A stretch of DNA of 64,000 nt from Glaucostegus cemiculus (lineage: Eukaryota): contig CDPCPM010000012.1 of NCBI GenBank assembly GCA_976551045.1, forward strand, positions 2,046,001 through 2,110,000. Reading direction: 5' to 3'. Each line of letters begins with the position of its first letter. The first letter of the stretch is position 1. The notes beneath the pieces are model-generated. The model saw only the letters and a list, made by a program, of their open reading frames with translations. It made no database searches and was not told the DNA's origin. Of the stretch, positions 13,991 to 28,254 are shown piece by piece. Made by a program: the position numbers and the translations under genes.

Positions 13991-15086
13991 TAAGGTGGTA
14001 CTGGCTGAATGAAGGAGGTCAAACTATTTTTGGAAGAGAAGCAAGTAATTTCTTCTTGGTGTCCATTTTCCTTTTCAAGAGGAACCTCTTCAATACCTCA
14101 CCATTCCCAATCCCTCTATGTTCTTGCTCATCACAGTTGTATCCTGACTGAGGTTTCAATACCAACAAAAAGATCATTTATGTACAAAAGAATGGGCTCC
14201 AGCAGAGAGACATAGGGAACTACACCCTATACCTTCCTCCATAGAGATCCAAATTCCTTTACAATTTGTCATGGCTTCTTTGCCAAACACTTGAATTTGT
14301 AAGCTGTTATGACTACATGTTCATTCTCTTAACTCAATGGCCACTGAATACAAGAGTTTCTCAGATTGTTTGTTGTTACCCGAGCTCCATAGTCAAGCAG
14401 AGACATAGTTCAGCATAGAGGAGCAGGTACAGTGTTTGCTGCTCTTGGCAACCTCCTGTCAGGAGTGTCTGGCTGTAATCCTGGCTTTTTACAGGACCCA
14501 CTCTATAAAGAACATGCCGCCTTTGGGTACTGTTCTTCACCAGACTGCCTACATGTTTTTTGATCCCATTAGAGCATCTTCCCACCACAGTAGCAACTAT
14601 TCATTAAGCAGCAAAACAGCCCAGAAGCTGGAAAAGTGTGACTTGTGATATGTCCCTTGAAAAGTTAGCTTCTGACAAGGCAGCTGCAAGGCTAAATGCT
14701 ACCAGGACTTGGAATAGATCTAGAGTACTGCCTTTTAAAAACAGCACTAGTATGACACACAACACTGTTTTAACACTATTTAAGTGAAGCTGAACAATTT
14801 CTAGGCCCACATGTCTTGTACCATGAGCTCATCCCATCAATATAGAATGGCAGCTCCTCAAAAATGTCCAAGGTAATTTTGCCAATTGGGATCACAAATT
14901 CAGGTTCTGAGAATGATTAATTGATTGATTGTTTCCCATGGACAAGACCCTGAGACATTCAAACTACTTTTTTCAAGCCCACGAGGGTATCTACTTATTC
15001 AGGTTAATTATTTAGCAAGGAAATCAATTTAAATATCAGGGCATATTGGCTAGGTGTATGAGGGAATTTGGGTTAAAATTTCTGTT

Positions 15087-15120
15087 AAGGTGTTGTAGGT
15101 AACAAGGTGTTGTAGGTAAC
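15087..15120. repeat. 17-bp tandem duplication
   Basis: AAGGTGTTGTAGGTAAC x2. Confidence 0.95.
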
Positions 15121-15682
15121 GTACCAAGCAAATCGTTTAAATGCATGATACTAATGGATCAAAGACATAAATGGCTACGTTTCTGCAGAGAGCAGGGATT
15201 GAATTATATAGTGAGAACATAAGTAGGTGGATGATAAGTGTTGAACATAATACTCTTTCTCTGTTCTGTAAAATGTTATTTCCTTATATAATACAATGCA
15301 GGGGGAGGGATGGTGGGTACAAAGAAACAGTGTACTTCAGTTATATAAGACAATCTGTTGTGGCGTTAAAGACAAAACAAAATGTTTAAAGTTAAAAAAT
15401 GTCACTCAGCCACTTCTCAATTTTATTTCCTTTTCCCTTTGGTTAATTTTGCATCATTTTATTCCCCACTGGTAGGATTAGCCAGACCTCTAAATGCATG
15501 TATAAATCTGAGATAATTTGCAGTAAAATGAGTTAATTATATCTTGCTTTAATATTCTTATCTCAGGAACATCTCTTTAGACAGTTTAAACCTACATCAC
15601 AAAGAGTCACATTTCCTTACCTTTTTGGGGGTGGGGGAATTAGCAAAATATTGACTTTTGAACAATCTCAACTAAATAACAT

Positions 15683-15770
15683 TTAAAAATAATTAGCTAT
15701 GAAAGATCTTGTTAAACAGGAAGTTATCTGCGGAAATGACCAAAAGTTATAATCATTAAGCATAACAATG
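15683..15770. promoter_or_regulatory. Candidate endothelial enhancer core (MEF2, FOX:ETS, GATA, ETS, SOX motifs)
   Basis: TTAAAAATAA 15683-15692; TAAACAGGAAGT 15713-15724; TTATCT 15724-15729; CGGAAAT 15731-15737; AACAATG 15764-15770. Confidence 0.4.
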
Positions 15771-18700
15771 CTGCAAAAGTTAATACTTGTAAAAGCAACT
15801 GCATCCGTTCTCTAGAATGTGGTATCTACTTTAGTCACATAGACTCTGTTCATGTGAAAGTTGTAAACTACAATGCCAAGAGAGGTCCAGAATTTATGCT
15901 AACCTACAAAACTGGATTTTTTTTTGTCAGTAATGAATTGATTTATATTCTTAATTTAGAACGTAAGCTGCTTCAAATAAAGGAGCTGCTTCTCGTTTGC
16001 TACATTTACTCAAATTCATCTGCAGTAACTTCAAACAAATCTGCTGGTAATTTGAATAAATGTTCAAATGCTGTTACAGAATTGGGATGTAAAGAATATC
16101 CACATCAATTAGAAAAGGCAAGAATTTAATAAAGCATTTCAAAATGAAATTGGCCAATTAGCCTGTAGTGTTTCTATCCATTATGGATATGGCATGAGGT
16201 ATTATTTTATGGAAAACCTACTTCCTACTTATAAATAATGCCTTTCCTACTCTGAATACTGTAAAGCAGTTTTCTCTCGTAAACTGAAATTGATGGAACT
16301 TGCTTATTGAAGAGTTGCCTTTGACCTACAAACATAGGGGGAGGATGGATTAATATGAAGGCTGCCCTCTTGTGAACTTTCATATCATCATTTTCTCATT
16401 TCAGTTCTGTGAATTTCAAGCTGTTGCTGCAAGTGTAAAAATGAACACAGTATAATTCATTCTGAAACGGATTATTCACCTTAGTAAATAAATACTTAGT
16501 GTGAGTTTTGCTTCAGGAGAGATGGGTAGAAGATGGATCCAGGTAATTGATAAGTAAAGTTGATCACTTGTTTTAATATTGATTGATAATTTTTTTTTAA
16601 AATGGAAATTAACTTCATGGAACTAGTTTTGCCTCTTCCCATATGTTATCTTCCCGTATGAAAGTCCAAGTTCTAAGGTTTAACAATGTCCACTTGGGCT
16701 GACATTTCCTTAAAGAAAACAAAATTTATCAGGTGGAGATTATGTTCTTCCAAAGCTATGTTGACTGCTGTTTTGCTTGGTTCTTCCTGAAATTCTCAAT
16801 GCTTCTAATATTTTACACAGAAATGATGACTGATAGTTTGTGTAATCTTTTAGAACCATCTGAGCCCAATTTACTGGCTACTAAGTTCATTAATCCACTA
16901 ATAATTACCATTATGCCTGGCCACATGTCCACTGAAAATTTAACAAATGATAAACATGAAGAGGTTTACGAAGCAGCTGTTGCACATCTCAGGATATCCT
17001 CTCTATCCAAAACATACAGGGGGTACACGATGCTGGGAGTGAACCAATACAGACAAAAACTACTTAATTCTCTGTAGCTTCTGAGAAGCCATAGGTTTCC
17101 ACTTATGGATGGAATTGTTGCCTTATTATTTTGAGGATCAGTCTACTAACATATTTTAATGCACTATATGATTGTCTCTCCCTTGGAGTTTGTATAAATT
17201 GCTTTTATTTCCTTGATATTTATTTTCATTGTCAAACATAATTTTAAATATTGTATTTTCCTAATATAGTTATTAATAGCTGCTTCAATTTATTCAAAAC
17301 GATATGAATTTGAAGTAATTTTAGATTCCACTTACGTAATATTCCTACCTAGAGTGGAAGCAGTGGCTTAGAAATTGTGGAGTGCTATTACATGCTTAAT
17401 AATTGCTGTGAGATAAGGCAATGTATATTTGAGTTGTGAGTCCACCAAAGAAAACTTCAGTAGCAAGTGTTACACATTTTTTTTCCTTGATGTACTTACT
17501 GTAAAGCAGATGCACAGATTGGGTCTGTTGAGTGGGGGAGGGGTGCAGTAAGTATTTGGGGGGGGGGTGAGGAGAGGAGTAGAAGAATGGGATTAGTTGT
17601 AGTGTCTATTACAGCCTGAGGTGGGCTATTAGAGAATGATTGTCACCTTGTCGGTGGGAAGAGATCAGTGTATTCAATGGGAAATTGGAGAATTAGCACC
17701 TCAGTGGTGGATCTTTGTGGGGGCTGAGTGTGAACATTAAAAAAAGGAATAGCACTTATTTTATTGGGTCTGCTATATGCTGAAATGCAATGAAAACATG
17801 GTGGTCACAGGTTTTAAAATTTATGCTGCAACATATCCAGTTGACTTTCTAGTGAAAGGGAAAACGACCCAGGAATGGTTATTACTGCACTTCACGTTGT
17901 CCTAAATACACCTTCAATTGAGCGCCAATGAAATAAAGAACATTTTGTTAAGAGTTTCTGTGCCATGGCCCCATGTATCACTTTCATTAATAATGGAAGA
18001 TATTACTCTGATGTTTTCCACTATTTACTACTCATCAATCAGTTTGTTCTCAATGCGTTGATCAAGATTGTATCACTGATTTCTGAAAACTAAAAAGCTC
18101 TGTAAAAAGCTGCAAAACTTTTCCTTCCTGTGTCACCACCCACCCATCCCACCACTTTATTACTACACTGAAAATGTTATGCTTATAAACTATTGCAAAC
18201 ATACAGCATTTTTAACATATTACTATTTTTACACTGCATTCACACGATTCTATATGTAAGATTTGTAATGAAAGCCTTTTATTAAAGTCTTTAATAAGAT
18301 CTTTATTAAAGACTCCACAATACAATTGAATACAGCATCTTATCTCTACTGTGTGGCCAATATTTTTACCATCACCAAAATCAGACCAAAAGCTCAAGCG
18401 CTTTATTATTGATTGTGGACCCTCTCATGAGCAAAATGAATGCCATTTTCACATACTTAATTGCAACTTTGGGACTTCTTGTGACAGGTGATAAATACCT
18501 ACACTTTTTTTGGTTCAGCTGTTGTACAAAATATAATTGTTTCAGTATTTTGTGATACAGTAGTTGAATCAATGTCAAATGCAATATTACTTAAAGTCCA
18601 AGTTTTGATTACATGTTATGTAATCTTATTCCTGAGAGCCAAAGTTTTTCTCATTGATTGACAATATTGCTCTAGTTAGCAATGACTTATCATGAATATA

Positions 18701-18825
18701 AGCTTGTTTTATCTATCTTAAAGGTTTTTTCAGTAACCTTTTAATTTATTGCTTTACAATTTTTCTCTGAAGATTATCATTGTGTTTATAATCTGTGAAT
18801 TCATATCTTTACTATTTTTACATGA

Positions 18826-18865
18826 ATCTTCCAGGTCCAACTTTCAATTTTTGGACCTGGAAGAT
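18826..18865. repeat. Perfect inverted repeat, 15-bp arms, 10-nt loop
   Basis: ATCTTCCAGGTCCAA / TTGGACCTGGAAGAT. Confidence 0.95.
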
Positions 18866-21800
18866 AAGTTCTTCAAATCAAAATGAAAAATTAAGTCACC
18901 ACTGATAAATTTTCAAGAGATGTGTTAACCTTGGACAGAAACAATAGATACCCATGGGCTTAGGGTCTGTTGTTACCACAGACTTTTCCAGGATTGAAAC
19001 AATAGTGAGCATTTTATTTTCCCTACAATGTGCATTGGCCCAACCTGTAGATTATCTCTACCTCATCAATGGAACTTCCTTTACTTCTACAACTATATTG
19101 CATTGTGTGTGGATAATACTTATAGGTCAGACAAATGAAAGACTGTAAGTATAAAACAATCATGTTCAGTATCAGGAACTTTAATGCATTATATTTATGG
19201 AGCAAATGTAAAAATTTGGGGGAAAAAAAGTTGGAAAACTATTCTACCCTTACCTTTAGATAGAAAAAAAACTTATATTTGTTTCTTTGCATTTAAGACA
19301 TTTCACCTGGCAGACACTGCCTCATCTTGGATCATTAAAGAGCAATGTTAAACTCTGTCACCAACATCAGAACAACCATCATTTGGAAGAGCTGCACTTG
19401 TAAACCTGTACCTCTGGCAAGGAAACCAGTCACCCCTTCACCCTCGCACTTCTCAGCAGAGTGCAAAAATAATGTTCGAAGAACATAAGTAGGAGCAGGA
19501 ATAAACCATGTGACCCCTTGAAACTCTATGCCTTTTGGAACATCATGCATGATCTTCTACCTTCATTTTCTTATGTCCATATCGTTTGATTCCAGTGTTA
19601 TCCAAAAATGTGTTGAACAAATTTTGAATGAAATCAATGACTGAGCTTGCACAACATGCATTAATACAAGAAAAATGAGGCATGATACATGGTGAAGAAT
19701 AACCACCAGCCACCTCCCCTCCCTCCAGTCCACTCATTGTACAGACTTTGTTGAATTTTCTTTGAAGATAAGCTCTGCAATATTTCACCCTATTTTCCCC
19801 TTCCGCATTGTTGCTTCTACAATTTATTTTTCTTTGAATGCTGAGCTTTTCTTTCAATGAATTGTTTTAATTCTGTAGAGTTCTACAATGATCATGTATT
19901 AACATTGTTTTCCCCTTACTTCTAGTTTACTTCATCTCACAAAGTCCCAGACTCCAAACAATTAGCAGCAGATGCTTCAAATATTGAACAGCTTGAAACA
20001 AGAGTGAGACAGGAAGTTGGAGGAGAGAATTTGGCACCACCTGCTGAGCAGAAACTGAGTGGGTGGGCTGTTAGATTCACCCTTGTCATTTAATCTTCCT
20101 GATGCTGAAGGATGTAGATTTCAGTCTTCAACTGAGCAAGAGCATTCACTAAAAGCTGGCAGGGTTTATTTTTATATGTGCCTTGGTTCACGGGAGTGGA
20201 ATTATAGCTTGGGTGAAAGCTTTGGTGGCCTTCCTGCCAGAGAAATCATGCCAGGAATGCCCATACAGGTACCCAAGTTCAGAAGGAGTTCAAGACTTTC
20301 CATGTTGTGAACCTCCCATTATATCATGATCAGAAGACCCCTGATGGCAACCCCAACAACTGATAATAGCTTCTAGGTGCACTGCTGCTTTCCTGCTGGA
20401 ACTGATCAGAGCTCAATCGATGAGATTTAAGTGAATACTGGCATTTACAACATCTATACTCATCTGGCTAAAACCTTCCCAGAGATAAAATTTAACATTC
20501 AATGCCAAATTTTATCTGGTTGATCAATGCACTGCTGTGGACATAGTGGAAAAGGCTCAAAAATGAGTAAATAGTAAACGTAAATAGTACCAGACCTTCA
20601 AACTGTTTAAATGTTTAAAGCTCAATTAATTCTTATTGCAAGGAGAAGAAGACATATTTATTGTGAAATATCAAGTCCTGTACTTACTTACCTTATTAAG
20701 GGTAAAAACATAGACAAATTTATACTGAGATGTAGCATTCAGTAATAGAGAAATTGACCTCTGTCGTACTCACTGGTATGAAACGGGCACAATCAAGACC
20801 AGTTTTAGGACCAATTATTATTCTCCAAATGATGCTTGAAAGATACTCATTATAATTGCAGGATGTACCATTTTCAGGCATCCTTGATAGCTGGCTAAAG
20901 CAGATGTTGGTTTCCTTACATTTGTAACTGAGAAGCCTAATGCCTATGTGTACCAACTCTGGGGAATTGTAGCACAGAGGGATTCCAGCCTCTTTAGCAG
21001 CAGACATACCAGAAACAAATTAATTGCCACTGTGTGCACAAATGGTATCACAGTTCCACAGCATGTTGGATAATGATCATGTTAATGAGCCCTAAGGCAA
21101 AATTTCAGGCTAGTTTCTGGGTTGGATATGTGGTGTCTGCAACTGGCAATGCATCAAAATGGACCATAACCATTTCCTAGAGAGCTCAAAAAGTTACTCT
21201 TGTCCTACTAAGTGGAATCATCTAATTATACAGTCCATTGGCAACCAATTAGTTAATCAAAAACTTCACTTAACCTAGCCATTCAATCGCAAGAATTTTT
21301 ATCCTATTAAAAAGTTCAACACATTTTATTTTCTGTTTAGGTACTAACTGGACAACCTCTACGCGTCAGATTACTGATGCAAATGAATCTATTTTAAGTT
21401 ACCACAACAGCACCTCAACCTTTTCTATAATTCTACATATTATCAGCTACTAAGTGCTGTTCACCTGAACTCTCCCCAGCATTTGTCTCTATTCCTTAAG
21501 CATAGAGCATCCTTAAGAAAAAGGCCCTAGCTTTCCATGATTTTACTTTTTTTTTGCTGCTTTTAATAATATGCAGTTCTTCTGTTTTAGAAACTTACAT
21601 GCCATTGCATTTTAGGCATTTTTATTCTTTTGTAAATGGAACCGATTCAACATTTCTTTGCAAGTGTCATTTAATAACATTTTGGAAGGAATTCTTTTCT
21701 GGTAAGGATGATTTCACAGATTTCTTTTAAACTGGAAGTGGATTGACAGGTTTGTTGAAGAGTGTTTAGAAAATAAAAGTTAGGATAATCAATGTGGAGA

Positions 21801-24800
21801 AATGATGAACAGTTGTCATCAACAACATTTTACGTCTATAAAATGCTTTTAATGTAGTAAAACAACCCTAAATACTTCTTAAAGAACAAAGGATTCATAA
21901 TCTGGGAATGGGAAATCTCATGATTGTGTTTCTGGGATGAATGATATTGCAAGGAGAATATTTCGTTGATGGACAGAGCACAGTTAATCTGCACACAGTT
22001 GATTCTTTTGCACCTTTGATCCTGATTTAGGCAAAGGAATATAGAGGTGTACCATGCTCAGGCAATGAAGTACGCTTCAGCAAGGGTAATAAAAGATACG
22101 AAAAAATGAGACTCAAGGAATTTGAATAAGAATACATCATCATTTTCAAACCACCTTTCCTCCTCCCACCCATACAAAGGCACAGCCACGAGTGCAGAAC
22201 ATCAGAGCACCTACTACATTAACTGCTTTATTCATATTAGATACATATTGCATCTTTCCTCAAGATGTCATACAGTTATAGAGTCATAGAGCACAAACAG
22301 ACTCTTTGGCTAGTCCATGCCAACTAAGGCACGCATCTAAGCCAGTCCCATTTGCCTGCATTTGGCCCATATCCCTCGAAACCTTTCCTATCTATTTACC
22401 TGTTCAAATGTCTCTTAAATGATGTTAACGTACCTTCCTCAACTAGCCCATTCCATAAGCAGACTACAAAGTGGTTATCTTGCGTAAAATGTCAAAGTAT
22501 TTTATAGCTAATTAAGTTCTTATGAACTGTAGTCACAAACATTCAACAGGGAAAATTCATTTTTGCAGAAAAAGATGATCTGTTTTACTGATGTTGAATG
22601 GGAACAAATATTGGCCAGGACTCTGACAGAACTCAACTTCACTGAATCCCTTAATGAGATCTCATGCTGTCATCTCAGGAGAACAGATGGTAACTCTGCT
22701 TAACATTCTTTGAGAACCATTTCTTATCTCATCTGAAAGACAGCATCTCTAATAACCATGTCAGTACTTGCGTATTCAGGTCTCTGGACTGCAGCTTGAT
22801 TTTGAGTCCTTACTCAGAGGAAGTGAGTTATCATTGAGCCAAGAACCCATCATTGCCCCTTAGTTCCGAGCCACAAGATTTATATTTTAAACTGTTCATG
22901 CTAATAAAACTTCGAAAGGGACATCAATTTGGAAAATCTAATGTCGTTAAAGAGAAGAGCAAGTGGTGCAAAAACAGATCTTCCTTTGAGCAGTGGGTTT
23001 ACTTGTGATCAGAAAATGGCAATGAGTTATGATACCAATGTTTTAAAAGAATATGTATGGAAGGACAAGAATAAATCTTCAAGCTCATTTCTATTGGTAC
23101 AATTTACATCACCACAGACCTTATTTGAATAACCGTAACAAACGAAAATTCAGGACATTAAAACTATATCAGCTTTTCTTTTCAACCTCCAAAGGTGTTT
23201 GAGTGAAACTGCAGGACAGGAAGCTAACATTACAATGTAATCTCTTCTGCCTGATAAATTACAATGATGATTTCTTGCATGGGTCCAGCTATGTGTCAAG
23301 GGCCCAATAATAATATCAGTGAAAACATATGGGAGGACAAATTAGTTTCTGACTTCTAAACTCCTGTGAGAGTGTCAGCCGCCAGCTGTACTCACCACTC
23401 AGACTTTGGTTCCAATGATTTCAAGAGAATTGAACATCTGGAGGAGAGTCTAACCTGCTGATGATGCTCTTGTTTTCATTTACCATGAGTGAGCAAAGGT
23501 TAATTTCTCCCCATAACCTTTAGTCCTACATTTCATAAAATATTTTTGCAGTAATTTTTGTACAATTGTTGCCAGGAATATATGATATTGAAAGGAGAAA
23601 GTTCTTCTGACCTTGTCTTCACTGCAATTCATGAATTTTCTAACAGTCCCTCTAGTTCAGTTTAATAACTTTCTTTTAACCACATAATCCATTGCTCTCT
23701 TATAAGCTAAAGGAACTGAATTATGTTATCTCAAAGTCTTTCTTTTCCAAAAGGACATAAAATCCATTTAATAGTTTCAAGATTTATGTCCTGAATCCTC
23801 CTACATTATTTTCTTGCGATCTGGACAATGCATCAATATCCTTTCGATGCTAATATATCCAAAAGGCGTTTGAAGAGCTCTAAACATCATTGACCATTGC
23901 AGGGTTAACTGTTATATTTTAACAACTGAAGTCCACCAATATGCAACTCGATATTTAACTAGCTATGGCAGTAATAACTTCATTTGATCAAGTATATTCA
24001 GGGAATCATTAATAATTAAAACCAATTTGTTCTCCCTTCATTTTTGTTAATGGACAGCTGTTTATTCTGTACAATGCTTTGTATTTCCTTTATTGATTGA
24101 ATTATCTCACTACAGTCTACCAATTGTTCTTGGCCAGTCCTGTTTAATTTGTCAAGATCCTTTCACAAATGACTTGTCTCCATTACACAAGCCAGTTAAA
24201 CACATTAGCAAATCCAAGATCACTATAATACTATTAAACATTGATAATGGGGCAAATCTTCCACCAAGACCCATGTCAGGTCTGCCAGCCAATATGCCCA
24301 TTACTGGGTAATTGTACAGCAGAGGCTGTAGCACAGTCTTCCACTTAGCAGAACACCTCCCATGGGACATCCACATGGAGTTCAAATGGGCAAGGTGAAT
24401 TTCCACAGATTTCCCACCTCTTGAGCTGGGAAATCTGCCTGCTGAAGTCACGCCAGGTTAACCTGGCACAAGTACAGGAATCCTGGTGTCTCCTCAAAGG
24501 GCCATTGCAGGAATTCTCTAATCATAGCTCCATAAACCCCTTCCTTTCATTTTCCAGGTCAGTTTTAAATCCACTTATCTAATTTCCCATTAATCCTCTT
24601 TATCGTAATCACCCTCAGCATGAACCATAGAGCCAATAACTTGCAGACAGCACAGTCTGATATACAGAACACAGTTCCAGATGTCTGAAAGCATAGAAAC
24701 CCACTATCAAGTCACAGAGTTCAGTGTAATGGTTTATGATTTTTAATCTAGATCTTCTTCTCTTGGGCTTAGCAGCCCAAAGCAATGCCTGAATGAGCCA

Positions 24801-25029
24801 TCACTTCTTATGTCCTGAAGTGCATCTTTATATCTATGTAATTTATAGACAGTCCCAGATTAAAACTGAATTTCACCCCTACTCTCTCCAAACCTGTGTT
24901 CAAATTATTCATCACAATTTACATGTCAGCAGCAGCAAAGATCGAGTGCTTGCAGTATCTAAGCAGTGCAGAATATTTAGAGCTGGCGAATTAAGCCCAA
25001 CATAGTAAAATAAAAACAGACATATTTAT

Positions 25030-25920
25030 GACAATGCAAAAGCAAAATATTGTTTATGACAGAAATTGGAAATAAAAAATGAAAATGTGCAAAGACTCAC
25101 ATCAGACAGCCTCCATAGCAAGGCTCAGAGTTGGTCCAAGTGAGATCGAGGGAAGGGTGGAAGCACTTCTTATTCTTTTCAGTTCCCACTTTACCACCCT
25201 CTATAATTCTCTGGATCATCCTTAGCTATTTTTGCCAAACATTTATCTTCCCTTTTAGTAATCAGAAGGAACTGTTCCCTCTATGCTCTATTAGACCTTT
25301 CTACCAATATCTTTCTACCTCCCCACAGCATCTTCCTGTGCAAGTGCAGGAGATGCAACACTAGTCCTTTTACTTTCTAACTTATTACTATCCAAGCCTG
25401 CAAATGTTCCTTCCAGGTAAGAAGCATTTCTTTCAACTTAGTGTAGTGTGTTTGTTGCCCATGATGCAATGTTCACGACATTTCAAACACCTGATACAAA
25501 TTTGGTAAATGTTTTATCGAACATCTGTTTTGGTCTCCTTGCAACCGTAAACTGTTACCAACTTATTTTTCTTTCCCACTCCCAACTAACTTCTCTAGTC
25601 AAAGCAAGATATGGCAGATGGTGGAAATCTGAAAATGCTGGAAATACAATAACTGAAAATGCTGGAAATATTCGGCAAGTCAGACAGCATCTGAGAGAGA
25701 GAATAGTGAATTAAAAGGTCATTGACCTGAAACGTTAACTCCATCAGTGTCTCCACTAATGTTGCTTGACCTTCTGAGTTTTCCCAAAATGTTGTTTCTG
25801 TTTCTGATCTCTCTGTCCCTTGCCTCTTATGCCATTTGAGTTAAGTTGATACAAGCTTGAGGAACAGATCATGATCTTTCAATTTTGCATATTACTGTCT
25901 TCTGCACTTGAACTTGCTTA
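25030..25920 (+). mobile_element. Penelope-like GIY-YIG remnant containing a fold-back element (about 25600-25805)
   Basis: CKCRRCNT motif near 25338 and KLEEQ..IF motif near 25853; internal inverted arms with AGGTCATTGACCTGAAACGTTAAC. Confidence 0.7.
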
Positions 25921-26469
25921 TAGGAAACATAGCTCATCACACATTCACAGTTAATGCTTGGATTAAATCAACTGTACACTAAAGGATCATTTAGTTTACA
26001 AGCAATTGCACCCTAAAGAGTAGGAATCAAACCTATTATTTTAAATTTAAAAAAACTGATGAGTCAGGACATCCAAGGAAAAGCATTAAAATCATGGAAA
26101 ATGCTAGGGAAAAGAAAAGCCTTGAGAAAATGTAAACGATTTAAAATAGAAGACAAAAGTTTTTAGTGAGTTATTTAAATCAAGCAATTATTGGAAAATA
26201 AACAGCATTAGGGATAGCAAAATGAAATTTTGAAAATCAATTATCTACTAAAATGAAACACATCGTACTTACATCATGAGCTTAATTCAGTGTAACATTT
26301 ATTGTACTTATCCATAATGGAAAATCATAATTTCCTTAAACAATCAGATTAAAGATTGTGAAAGTAACTTCACAAGAGTTGAGAGAGAAATTTGTTAGAA
26401 ATGGGGAAGCCAACTTTTAGATCAGATTTAGAAAGAGAAAGGATTAACAAAGAGAGCTTCTCCTCTCTC

Positions 26470-26640
26470 TTTATATCTGAGCAAGCAGACATTTCAGCCT
26501 AATGTTTCATCTCCAGCAGTGCCGCATTCCCTCAATATGCCACTGGAGTGGCAGAATATTTTGTACTCAAGTCTCTGGAGTGGGGCTGGCAGCCACAACT
26601 TTTTACTCAGAGACAAAGATGAACCACAGCTGACAGAGAA
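26470..26640 (-). mobile_element. DeuSINE/SacSINE1-like remnant (related copies about 22500-22850, 26870-27250, 61290-61630)
   Basis: CAGTGCCGCATTCCCTCAATATGCCACTGGAGTG..CTCAAGTCTCTGGAGTGGGGCT motif typical of this elasmobranch SINE group (recall). Confidence 0.6.
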
Positions 26641-28254
26641 GCATAGAGCAGATGAAAACTCTTGGACTTCTCAGTTTACTACTGCTCACCTTTTGTGAGT
26701 AAGCAATAAGTGTCATTACTCAGCATTACTTTGAAACAAAAAGCTGGGCAGATTGCTTTGAGTGCCAGTTTCTAAGAGATTAAAAATCTTGAGGCATTTT
26801 ATCATAATTTAAACAAGCTAGTTCAATTCATAAGATGCCATCCTTGGTTCGGTGATAATTCCACAACCATTTTGTCTCAGAAGTGGAAAAAGTTCCTCTT
26901 CAGAGTACATAATCTAAACTGACATAAAACAGTATTAGACCAGTATAACAGCATCAGTGGTACTGCCTTTCAAATGAAACATAAAGTGAAACTTTTTCTA
27001 CTCTCTGAAGTGTAGATAAAAGTTAGTATGGCTTCATTTCAAATTTCTCTGTGGTGTCCTGTCAACATTTACCTCTCCACCAATATCATTAAAAAAGGCC
27101 ACCATCGCATTGCCACATATGGGATGTCATAAGTGCAAAATGGTGTTGCAACAGTAATCACATCTCAGAAAGCATTTAATTAACTACGATTTTGGAAGTG
27201 TCATGAGACTATGAAAAGGTGTATGTACATAAATGCACAGTCTTCCTTTTATGGTTACTACTAACATTTATCGGTAGAATGAACACAAAGTGATGTTCTT
27301 TCACATCCTTAGCAGAAACCTTCATCATGAAAGGAGATTGGATTTTCCAGGTCACTTTGAAGAATGTTCTATATCAAAGATTCTCCATTTAAAATAATTG
27401 CATATGGTGCTGCTTGAAAAATGGCCTAATCTGGTAAACCCCATGGTTCATTATGATTGACTATCATCCTGGTAAACTGATGTCAGGATATTAATCCCAC
27501 TTTTTGAATTTTGAAAATTTTTGAAGACAATGTCTTTACACACAGATAAATTGAAATTAGTTTTTTGAAAGATTTATAATCCTATGAGAATAAGTGGGAA
27601 GAACAGGAATTAAATATGACATTGTCTTGTTCTACTGTTCTTAGCGAGGGTGTACTGCCTTACATCCACTCACTCAATTTTATCTGTCAAAATTGTCTTT
27701 GAAATTATTGACAAAATGTCACAACTTTGAGATCTAATGGGATGACTATATTTTCCATACCATAGTATAGTTATGCAACAGATTTGAAGCCAGAAACGGA
27801 AACCTCTCTGAAACTTCATAGAATGTGCTCCAAAACCTAAATGAAACAAAAGGCTAGAGTTTGTTGGATGCCAAGTCAACATAATGATATACTTACAATA
27901 TATATCAGTATATTTCCAGGAAATTATGCTGCAATCCACTTATCATATTAATTAGATAACATCACAATTTCAAAGTGCAAAGAATAGTATGGATTCTGGG
28001 GATTGGCATAGATATTAAAACAGCAAAGAGGGGAAAAAATGAAGGAAAATTGCAAAAATTAAATGTGATATGCAATATGAGAGATAACAAGATCAATGCA
28101 AAATGTTTTGGAATTGTATTAGAAGGAAAAAAGAATGGGTTTAATTTAAGTCCTTTAAAAACAAAAGTGGGAAATGTCAAATGTTATCAAGAAAATATTA
28201 CTAGAAAAACACTCTGCTAAATATATACAAATTCCCCAACAATTGACGATTTCC

